40,310 nt of DNA from a virus (lineage: Duplodnaviria; Caudoviricetes), in the IMG/VR virus record IMGVR_UViG_3300011438_000021, positions 1 to 40,310 of that record, one strand, 5' to 3'. A model generated the notes under the pieces. That model was not told the DNA's origin. It saw nothing but the letters and a program-made list of their open reading frames with translations, and did not search any database. The position numbers and the translations under genes were made by a program. Positions 33,940-40,310 of this stretch are shown here, piece after piece (within the stretch, counting starts at the first letter, position 1; each line of letters starts with the position of its first letter).

Positions 33940-35315
33940 TGGCGACCAGTAAAACCCTCCTCCCGCCGCCCTACCTCACACTGGAGGACAGCAACGGCTA
34001 CGCCGTCACGGGCGGCACCGTCACGTTCCTCGACACGGGCACGGCCATCCTCGCGACCGTCTACGCGGATGCCAACGGGCTGGTCGTCAGCGCCAACCCC
34101 CTCACGGTGGACGCGGCGGGCCGTTACACGGTCTTCCTGACGCCGGGGCAGGTCGTGGACGTGGAATACCGCGACCCGTTCGGCGCCCTCATCAAGACCG
34201 TGCCGGGGGTGCAGGCGGTGCCGAGCGCCTCGGGGAACGTGGACGTGTCTGGCGTCGTCGGGGACGGGCCGTTCGGTGTGGGCACGCTGTATTACATCGC
34301 GCAGGGCGATGGCCGATGGCATCTCGCGAACGCCAACACGGTGTATCGGGAAACCCTCGGGGTCGCGGTCGCGCCGACCAGTGCTCCCGGGAGCGCGGCG
34401 GTCTTTCGGACGGCAGGGCGGCTAGAGGGCTACTCGGGCCTCGTCGTCGGCGCCTTTTACTACACGAGCAACACGGGCGGGGCGCTCTCGCTCACGCCCG
34501 GCCTTATCGGTCGCCTCGTGGGGCAGGCCGACTCCACGACCTCGCTGGTGTTGTGGCCGAACCCGCCCGCGATTGACCAGCCGTGTATCGGGGGGATGCC
34601 CGCCGAGAGTGTGATTACCGCGCTCGTGGTGACGCATCCCACGATGGCGCTCACCAACACCGGGCCGATCACCATTCACGGGATCAAGGCGGGCTACCAC
34701 GGGCAGCGGGTGCGGTTTATTCAATATAACGGGGGCCGGGCGGACTTCGTCCATAACAGCGGCTCCACAGCCCTCGCCAACCGGCTCGGCAACATCGCCA
34801 CGTCGGCGCCGACCACGATTGCGGGGAACGGGACAGCGGGCATCGTCGGGTTACATGGCAGCATCGAGTATGAATACGATCTGGGCCACAACTACTGGCG
34901 GATGGTCGCGCATGAGCAGGGCGGCTGGATTCCAGCCCCCTATGCCGCGTCCGATTTTACAGCGACGGGCGGCGCAGGCGGGACGTGGAATGTTCCCGCT
35001 GGCACCGTCCAGAACTTCAGGTATGTGCTGCGTGGCCGTGCGCTCACCATCTCGCTGTATCTCGGCGGCACGACAATCAGTGGCGCGCCCCAGCAGTTAC
35101 GGGTTGTGATCCCCGGCGGGTTCGCCGCTGGGGCCATGTGGACGGGCGCGACCCGGGCGGGGCAGGCGTATGACGCGCTCGGGGTGCAGGAAGCGGTCTG
35201 CGGTCCAGATGCGGTGGGTGGGCATAGCATCGCCATCCAGAAGAATACAAACGCGGCGTGGGGGGCGGGCGGGAGTCCTGTGATGCTGCTCTCTCTGACA
35301 ATTGAAGTGCAATAG
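33939..35315 (+). CDS. Tail fibre/spike protein, paralog 2
   Basis: TGATG coupling; N-terminal ~100 aa nearly identical to paralog 1. Confidence 0.8.
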   Translation: MATSKTLLPPPYLTLEDSNGYAVTGGTVTFLDTGTAILATVYADANGLVVSANPLTVDAAGRYTVFLTPGQVVDVEYRDPFGALIKTVPGVQAVPSASGNVDVSGVVGDGPFGVGTLYYIAQGDGRWHLANANTVYRETLGVAVAPTSAPGSAAVFRTAGRLEGYSGLVVGAFYYTSNTGGALSLTPGLIGRLVGQADSTTSLVLWPNPPAIDQPCIGGMPAESVITALVVTHPTMALTNTGPITIHGIKAGYHGQRVRFIQYNGGRADFVHNSGSTALANRLGNIATSAPTTIAGNGTAGIVGLHGSIEYEYDLGHNYWRMVAHEQGGWIPAPYAASDFTATGGAGGTWNVPAGTVQNFRYVLRGRALTISLYLGGTTISGAPQQLRVVIPGGFAAGAMWTGATRAGQAYDALGVQEAVCGPDAVGGHSIAIQKNTNAAWGAGGSPVMLLSLTIEVQ

Positions 35316-35330
35316 CCGAAAGGAACTGCG

Positions 35331-35624
35331 ATGAGTGTGGGACTTCCCGTCACCAAAACTGAAGTGGACACGCGCAGCGGCGACACCGCTCGTGAGTTCC
35401 AGCGGGCGTTTGAAAACGTCGCGACGATGCAGATGTTCCTCGTCGCGCAAACCGAGCAGGACTTGATCGCCCTCGGCTACACCGCCGACGAGGTCGCCAC
35501 GCTCAAGACGGCGTATAACGATCTGGAGTTCCTCGGGCAGATCTGGGCCGGGACTGCCATCCTGCCCGCGCCGAAAGACTTCCGGGTCTTCGTTCGACGC
35601 CTCTGGGGCGTAGGAGCCTTCTAA
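35331..35624 (+). CDS. Hypothetical protein (possible fibre-associated chaperone)
   Basis: SD AAGGA; follows the fibre genes. Confidence 0.7.
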   Translation: MSVGLPVTKTEVDTRSGDTAREFQRAFENVATMQMFLVAQTEQDLIALGYTADEVATLKTAYNDLEFLGQIWAGTAILPAPKDFRVFVRRLWGVGAF

Positions 35625-35878
35625 TGGCCGCACCGAACACGTTTAATCAGTGGTTCATCGTCGTGCCGAACGACTCGCCCACGGCCAACTTCCAGAAGAT
35701 CCCCGCCAGCCTCTACGTGGGGGCGCCGGGTAACCTTGTGCTGGTGATGCAGGACGGGACAACGGCCACGTTCCTCGCGGTGCCCGCTGGAACGATCCTG
35801 CCGTTCACGCCCTACCGGGTGAACGCGACCGGCACGACGGTCGCCGCCGGGTCGCTCTACGCGCTCTACCAGACCTAG
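35624..35878 (+). CDS. Head spike base protein-like (RcGTA Rcc01079 family)
   Basis: PNDS...SLYVGAPGNLVLVMQDGTTATF..VPAGTILP...RVNATGTT. Confidence 0.7.
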   Translation: MAAPNTFNQWFIVVPNDSPTANFQKIPASLYVGAPGNLVLVMQDGTTATFLAVPAGTILPFTPYRVNATGTTVAAGSLYALYQT

Positions 35879-35922
35879 CGCGGTCGCCCGCACGGTCTTG
35901 CCATGCCTGCGCGGGCCGCAGG

Positions 35923-35954
35923 GGGCGCCGAGTGCCGGGGGGTGCTCGGCGCCC
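35923..35954 (+). terminator. Strong hairpin ending the late operon (short U tract)
   Basis: GGGCGCCGAGTGCC-GGGG-GGTGCTCGGCGCCC followed by ACTT. Confidence 0.55.
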
Positions 35955-35956
35955 AC

Positions 35957-35991
35957 TTGCACCCGGCACCGCTATCGGTTAAGCTCTCCCG
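35957..35991 (+). promoter_or_regulatory. Sigma70-like leaderless promoter
   Basis: TTGCAC-17-TAAGCT, ATG at 35992; spacer CACCGCTATCGGT. Confidence 0.75.
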
Positions 35992-36210
35992 ATGTTCGAC
36001 CTCGCCGCCTTCCTCTGGGCCTCCCTCGACTGGATTCTTCTCCACCCCCTCGTGCAGGCCGCGCTGCTCGGCACCGCTGCGGCGGTGGTGTGGAAGCTGG
36101 GCCTCGCCATCCGGCGCGAGGCGCGGCACCGGGCCGTGCAGCGGGTCATCCACGAGGAAATTATCAAAGCTGCGGCGTTAGGGGTTGACAACCGAAAGCG
36201 GTTCCAGTAA
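35992..36210 (+). CDS. Small membrane protein
   Basis: TM segment LVQAALLGTAAAVVWKLGL. Confidence 0.6.
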   Translation: MFDLAAFLWASLDWILLHPLVQAALLGTAAAVVWKLGLAIRREARHRAVQRVIHEEIIKAAALGVDNRKRFQ

Positions 36211-36220
36211 AGTTCTGGAC
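36185..36220 (+). promoter_or_regulatory. Sigma70-like leaderless promoter
   Basis: TTGACA-17-TAAAGT, ATG at 36221. Confidence 0.75.
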
Positions 36221-36454
36221 ATGGCAAACACCTCACTCGCTCAGACCACCGATGTCCGCGCCGCCCTCGGCGTCATCTGGGGGGCCGAATGGCTCGCCCT
36301 GTCCCCGGCGGATCGGACGCTGATCGTGCGCGACTGCACCGAAGAGGGCGGCGTCGATGACCTCGCGCAGTATCGCCGCGACATCTTCCCCGGCAACCTT
36401 CAGTCGTATGCGCTGACGCAGCGCGTGCGCTTCGCCCCGAAGGCGGTGCGCTGA
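36221..36454 (+). CDS. Hypothetical protein
   Basis: Starts MANT after the promoter. Confidence 0.7.
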   Translation: MANTSLAQTTDVRAALGVIWGAEWLALSPADRTLIVRDCTEEGGVDDLAQYRRDIFPGNLQSYALTQRVRFAPKAVR

Positions 36455-36699
36455 TGGGGCGCCCGTTGGCGATCCGCCGAGGCCCGCTCGCCAGCCAGAT
36501 CGCGCTCGGGCTGCGCCGGAACATCGTCTGCATCGACCTCGCGAAAGCGATTTACGCGGCGCACGCCGCCTATCGCGGGGCGCTCGCGCCGAACTTCTAC
36601 GACCTCTCGCCCGCCGAGCGCCACGTCTGGGTGAATCGAGCGAAGGCCACGATCCTCGACGTCCCGAACACCCTCACACTGGAAGGCACCCCCCGATGA
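36454..36699 (+). CDS. Hypothetical protein
   Basis: TGATG coupling; LAKAIY...FYDLSPAERHVW. Confidence 0.65.
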   Translation: MGRPLAIRRGPLASQIALGLRRNIVCIDLAKAIYAAHAAYRGALAPNFYDLSPAERHVWVNRAKATILDVPNTLTLEGTPR

Positions 36700-37487
36700 C
36701 CACGTCACCAACCGTCGCCGAACTGTTCGCCGCCCTCGCCGAGGCGCAGGGCCATTTCCCGTCCGCCGCGAAGGACGCCGTCAACCCGCACTTCGGGCAC
36801 AACTACGCCACGCTGGCGGGCCACGTTGAAGCGGCCAAGCCGCACCTGAAAGCGCAGGGCCTCGCGGTCCTGCAGGACGTGGTGACCAACACCGCCGCCG
36901 AGGGCGTGGACATCACGACCCGGATCGTCCACCGCTCGGGCGAGTGGGTGGAGTTCGGCCCGCTCTTCGTTCCGGCGTCGAAGTGGGACGCGCAGGGCCT
37001 CGGCAGCGCCATCACCTACGGGCGCCGCTACCAGTTCGGGGCGGCGGTCGGCACCGTGCCCGACGACGACGATGCAAACGACGCCGTGAAGACCACCCCG
37101 GTCAAGGCCGCGCCGGTCCCGGCGACTGTGGTGGACACGCGCACGGGCGCCGAGGTGCCCTTCGCCGAGGCCTCCCTCCCCCCGGCGGGCTACTTCTACG
37201 TCGCGAACTACAAGCTCTCGTCTGGGGGCTGGCACGAGGCCTCCCTGCTGGCCTACGACGCGCAGGGCGGCGCCCTGAAGGTCAGCACCAAGACCAAGAC
37301 CGGCGAGGCCCTAAAGGCCGCGCAGGACGCGGGCCTGCCCGTCAAGGTGACGACCCGTCCGAAGGGCGACTCGGTCGGCGAGGCTTACCTTGACTCGTGC
37401 GTGGCCTACAAGGCGCCGAAGGCCAAGCTGGCCCCGGTCCCAGCGCCCGAGCTACCGCCGCTGACCGACAGCGACATTCCGTTCTGA
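36696..37487 (+). CDS. erf: ERF-family ssDNA annealing protein with SSB-like acidic C-tail
   Basis: KDAVNPHF..NYATL, HRSGEW, QGLGSAITYGRRY, DDDDAN; ends DSDIPF. Confidence 0.9.
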   Translation: MTTSPTVAELFAALAEAQGHFPSAAKDAVNPHFGHNYATLAGHVEAAKPHLKAQGLAVLQDVVTNTAAEGVDITTRIVHRSGEWVEFGPLFVPASKWDAQGLGSAITYGRRYQFGAAVGTVPDDDDANDAVKTTPVKAAPVPATVVDTRTGAEVPFAEASLPPAGYFYVANYKLSSGGWHEASLLAYDAQGGALKVSTKTKTGEALKAAQDAGLPVKVTTRPKGDSVGEAYLDSCVAYKAPKAKLAPVPAPELPPLTDSDIPF

Positions 37488-37906
37488 TGGCGACCCCGGT
37501 GTTCCACGGGCGGGTCATCGAGGGCAAGCTCGCCCTCGACCCCGCCGAGGCGGCTGACCGGGCCTCCTACCTGCAGCGCCTGACCGGCAAGGCCGTCGAG
37601 GTCGTGGTGCGTCCGAAGACCCGCAAGCGCAGCCTCGACCAGAATGCGTGGCTCTGGGGCGTGGCCTACGACATCCTCGGCGAGCATATGGGCTACGACA
37701 CCCACGAGCGGGACGGCCTGCACTACGCCCTGCTCGCGGAGTGTTTCGGCGTCTACCACGACCAACGCTTCGGCATCACGGTGCCCCGGGTGTCGAGCAG
37801 CAAGATGACCACCCGCGAGTTCAGCGACTACATGGAGTGGCTGGTGCGCTGGGCAGCGGTCGAGCAGCAGGTCGTCATCCCGCTGCCGGATGACGCCGAG
37901 GCCTGA
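37487..37906 (+). CDS. NinB/Orf-like recombination accessory protein
   Basis: KRSLDQNAWLWG...SSSKMTTREFSDYME...IPLP. Confidence 0.7.
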   Translation: MATPVFHGRVIEGKLALDPAEAADRASYLQRLTGKAVEVVVRPKTRKRSLDQNAWLWGVAYDILGEHMGYDTHERDGLHYALLAECFGVYHDQRFGITVPRVSSSKMTTREFSDYMEWLVRWAAVEQQVVIPLPDDAEA

Positions 37907-37917
37907 GATTTTTCGCC

Positions 37918-37971
37918 CCGATAGCGTTTTAGGTGTTGACAGCCCGAAACGCTATCGGTTAATCTCTGGAC
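37918..37971 (+). promoter_or_regulatory. Sigma70-like leaderless promoter with perfect 12-bp dyad operator
   Basis: CCGATAGCGTTT...AAACGCTATCGG flanking TTGACA 37936; TAATCT 37960; ATG 37972. Confidence 0.85.
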
Positions 37972-38196
37972 ATGGCAAACACCGTTCGTTACTCGCACCT
38001 CTACCGCCCGCCCTCTTCGTTCACGCTGCCGCGTGGCCTCGGCTGGACGCTGGTCGAGCGCCCGACCGCGCCGGGCACCAACTACGAGGGCCGCACCGAC
38101 CTCCCGCGCAGCGCCCACGCCTTCGGCGTCTTCACCACCGACCGCCCGCTGACCGAGGATGAACTGACCCGTTTTGAGATCGAGGTCGTCCAGTGA
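37972..38196 (+). CDS. Hypothetical protein
   Basis: Starts MANT; RPPSSFTLP...DRPLTEDELTRFEI. Confidence 0.75.
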   Translation: MANTVRYSHLYRPPSSFTLPRGLGWTLVERPTAPGTNYEGRTDLPRSAHAFGVFTTDRPLTEDELTRFEIEVVQ

Positions 38197-38393
38197 CCCA
38201 CTACACCGACCGCACCGACACCCGAGGCCTCGTCCGCACCGTCTGCGGGCGCCTCGTCCGCGCCGAGGACCGCTACGGCGAACTGGACTGGCAGGCGCCG
38301 TCCTGCCCGAAGTGCGCGGCCATCCTCGCCGAGCGGAACGCCGAGCCGCTGCCCGCGTGGGCGCAGGAAGGCCTCGCGAAGGTGGTCCGATGA
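38193..38393 (+). CDS. Small zinc-binding protein
   Basis: TH...TVCG...SCPKC. Confidence 0.7.
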   Translation: MTHYTDRTDTRGLVRTVCGRLVRAEDRYGELDWQAPSCPKCAAILAERNAEPLPAWAQEGLAKVVR

Positions 38394-38599
38394 CCGCCGC
38401 TCCTTCACGGTTCAAAATCTGGAACCTCGACCGGGTCGGGACGCTGCCCGGCGGCGTGGGGCATCCGCACGACCGCGCCGTGGTGCTCGACCTCGACACC
38501 ATGGTCCCCCACATCCTGACCGGCGAGCCGCAACACGCGACGGTTTATCGTGGCGACCTCGCGGGCGCTCATGCGTTTGTGCGGACGGTGTCCCGATGA
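38390..38599 (+). CDS. Hypothetical protein
   Basis: ATGA coupling. Confidence 0.65.
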   Translation: MTAAPSRFKIWNLDRVGTLPGGVGHPHDRAVVLDLDTMVPHILTGEPQHATVYRGDLAGAHAFVRTVSR

Positions 38600-38847
38600 C
38601 CGCCGACCTGCGCCCCGTGCGCCCGACCGCGAACGCCATCGCGCAGGCGCTCGACGCCTTCCGCGAGGCGGCGTATGTGCTCGACGCCTCGCACCAGACC
38701 ATCAGCGCCCGCAAGGAGGCCCTCCGGGTGCGGGACGCCTACCGCCTGCAGGCGCCGCTCGACGTGGCGACCCTGCTCGCGGAGCTTGCCGCCGCCGACG
38801 CGATGATCGACCAGCTACGCCGCGAGGCGAAGGAGATGACCCGATGA
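38596..38847 (+). CDS. Coiled-coil hypothetical protein
   Basis: ATGA coupling. Confidence 0.65.
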   Translation: MTADLRPVRPTANAIAQALDAFREAAYVLDASHQTISARKEALRVRDAYRLQAPLDVATLLAELAAADAMIDQLRREAKEMTR

Positions 38848-39176
38848 GCGTCCAGATCATGTTCGACCGTTACGAGGAGAAGGCCGCGCTCTACTGCAGT
38901 TCGACCGACTGGTGCTTCGGCCCGGTCATTCACGAGGCCGAGGGCCGCACCGCCGTCGAGCGGGCCGAGGCCTTCCTGCGCTGGCTGGGCGTCGATGCCC
39001 GCACGCTGGACGACAGCACGCTGGCGACCCGCTGGAGCGACTGGCAGGCGCAGGAGTTCGTGCAGGTGGACCGCGAGCGCCTCGACGCGCTGGAGCGGGA
39101 CGAGGTCGAGGGCGTGCTGCTCGACCACGAGGTGCCCGAGCTTGCGGCCCTGCGGGCCAGAACGGACCTGCGATGA
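38844..39176 (+). CDS. Hypothetical protein
   Basis: ATGA coupling; AALYCSSTDWCFGP. Confidence 0.7.
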   Translation: MSVQIMFDRYEEKAALYCSSTDWCFGPVIHEAEGRTAVERAEAFLRWLGVDARTLDDSTLATRWSDWQAQEFVQVDRERLDALERDEVEGVLLDHEVPELAALRARTDLR

Positions 39177-39448
39177 GCGACCGCACCAACGCGCAAAACG
39201 ATCAGGCGACCCTGACGGCGACGTTCCGCACGACGCTGGGCGAGCAGAACCCGCAGCGCAGCCCGGCGCAACGCTTCGCGGCCACGCTGGCGACCCTGCG
39301 CCTGCTGATGCTCGACGGCTGGGGGTCGCCCGACGCGGGCTTCGTCCAGCAGGTGATGGACGACCACGGCCCGGGGGTCATCCTCCGGGCGCTCGCTGAC
39401 GCCTACGATTCACCCGCCCCCGTGCTGGGCGAACTGGAAGGGGACTGA
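39173..39448 (+). CDS. Hypothetical protein
   Basis: ATGA coupling. Confidence 0.6.
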   Translation: MSDRTNAQNDQATLTATFRTTLGEQNPQRSPAQRFAATLATLRLLMLDGWGSPDAGFVQQVMDDHGPGVILRALADAYDSPAPVLGELEGD

Positions 39449-39449
39449 G

Positions 39450-39641
39450 ATGCCGACACCGAACACGATACGCAAGGCCCTCGCGGCCCGCGCCGCCGCC
39501 GACTGCCCCGAGTGCCACGGCGCTGGGTTTGTCACCTTCACCGCCCGCAACATCCACGGCGAGGTCGAGGAGCCGTGCGCCTGCGTCGATCTGGAGGACT
39601 GGGCCGAGGGCGAGGACTGGGACGCGGAGGTGGTGCAGTGA
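39450..39641 (+). CDS. Small zinc-finger protein
   Basis: CPECHGAG...CAC. Confidence 0.65.
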   Translation: MPTPNTIRKALAARAAADCPECHGAGFVTFTARNIHGEVEEPCACVDLEDWAEGEDWDAEVVQ

Positions 39642-39835
39642 CCCGCCTGTGGGCGCTCTGGCGCCTCTGGCAGCGGCGGCGGGCGCTGGCGTGGCCCGTG
39701 CGCGAGTGCCCGGCCTCGCGGCTCTACGCGACCCGCCTGCTGCTCGCGAAAGCGGAGCGGGATGTCACGCGCTGTCACGCCCAGTCACGGGCCGTCATAG
39801 CCATTGACGACAGTCAGCGTCTTCGATTACGGTAA
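39638..39835 (+). CDS. Hypothetical protein
   Basis: GTGA coupling; the 3' half overlaps the iteron/promoter region. Confidence 0.4.
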   Translation: MTRLWALWRLWQRRRALAWPVRECPASRLYATRLLLAKAERDVTRCHAQSRAVIAIDDSQRLRLR

Positions 39836-39840
39836 GCGCC
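39764..39840 (+). promoter_or_regulatory. Initiator promoter preceded by phased GTCA repeats
   Basis: GTCA at 39764/39774/39784/39794; TTGACG 39804, 18 bp, TACGGT 39828; ATG 39841. Confidence 0.65.
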
Positions 39841-40310
39841 ATGTCTTACTCAAAACTCCACTCGTCGGTGGTGTCGTCGTCGCTCTGGTCGCAGCCTGAC
39901 CCTGTGCGCCTGTTGTTTGTCACCCTGCTCGCCCTCGCGGACCAAGACGGGGTGGTCTACGGGTCCAAGAGCGGCCTCTCGCGCATCGCGGTGATCAAGC
40001 CCGAGGACGTGGACCGAGCGTGGGAGATCCTCCAGTCACCGGACCCGGAAAGCTGCGACATCGAGCGGGCGCCCGAGAACGAGGGTCGCCGCATCGAGAA
40101 GGTCAGCGGCGGCTACCGGTTGCTGAACTTCACCTACTACCGCAACTTGCGGAACGACGACGAGCGCCGCGCCAGCAACCGGGTCGCGCAGGAGCGGTTC
40201 CGGGCGAAGAGTAAGCCGCCGTCATCACCTGTCATCACTAGTCATCCGCCGTCACCGCTGTCAGCCCAAGCAGAAGCAGAAGCAGAAGCAGAAGCAGAAG
40301 CAGAAGCAGA
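39841..40310 (+). CDS. Phage replication initiator, N-terminal part (continues at the start of the window)
   Basis: MSYSKLHSSVVSSSLW...LLALADQDG...SPDPES...EGRRIEKVSGGYRLLNFTYYR; missing from the ORF track because it crosses the junction. Confidence 0.85.
   Translation, partial: MSYSKLHSSVVSSSLWSQPDPVRLLFVTLLALADQDGVVYGSKSGLSRIAVIKPEDVDRAWEILQSPDPESCDIERAPENEGRRIEKVSGGYRLLNFTYYRNLRNDDERRASNRVAQERFRAKSKPPSSPVITSHPPSPLSAQAEAEAEAEAEAEA
40211..40310. other. Putative replication origin (iterons plus purine-rich tract) inside the initiator gene
   Basis: GTCA at 40221/40231/40241/40251 and 40260, followed by (GCAGAA)n. Confidence 0.6.
40253..40310. repeat. Terminal direct repeat, right copy
   Basis: Identical to 1-58. 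Confidence 0.95.

Noticed and set aside
32575-35315. Diversity-generating retroelement acting on the fibres
   Set aside because: No reverse transcriptase is present, there is no non-coding template repeat, and the differences between paralogs are not adenine-specific.

Overview
The window is a complete, circularly assembled, high-GC dsDNA phage genome of about 40,252 bp: positions 1-58 are identical to 40253-40310, and the replication-initiator gene runs across that junction. Essentially all credible genes are on the + strand. The virion module looks like a P22-type podovirus: TerS, TerL, portal, a 1322-aa two-unit protein, scaffold, coat, two paralogous decoration-like proteins, adaptor, tail hub, a GNAT protein, ejection proteins, two paralogous fibres and a spike-base protein. 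The rest holds a lambda-O-like initiator with iterons, an ERF annealase, NinB-like and VRR-NUC proteins, and many small ORFs behind a family of mostly leaderless sigma70-type promoters that share an operator-like spacer. I could not recognise an integrase, CI-type repressor, reverse transcriptase or endolysin. The most striking unexplained structure is two AT-richer arrays of small genes (1758-3883 and 9958-10857). Their genes are joined by one conserved junction, (CACCCTCT)ACAGGTGCAGCGATGA, so unrelated proteins end in ...QVQR*, and the genes themselves are mosaics of shared, permuted DNA modules. This is a candidate cassette/domain shuffling system with no recognisable site-specific recombinase. 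Other notable items are 10-bp-phased GTCA iterons at both the origin and the initiator promoter, a duplicated RNA hairpin with swapped apical tetraloops, and an RNA polymerase alpha-CTD-like protein. Family assignments come from motif recognition by eye, not from database searches.
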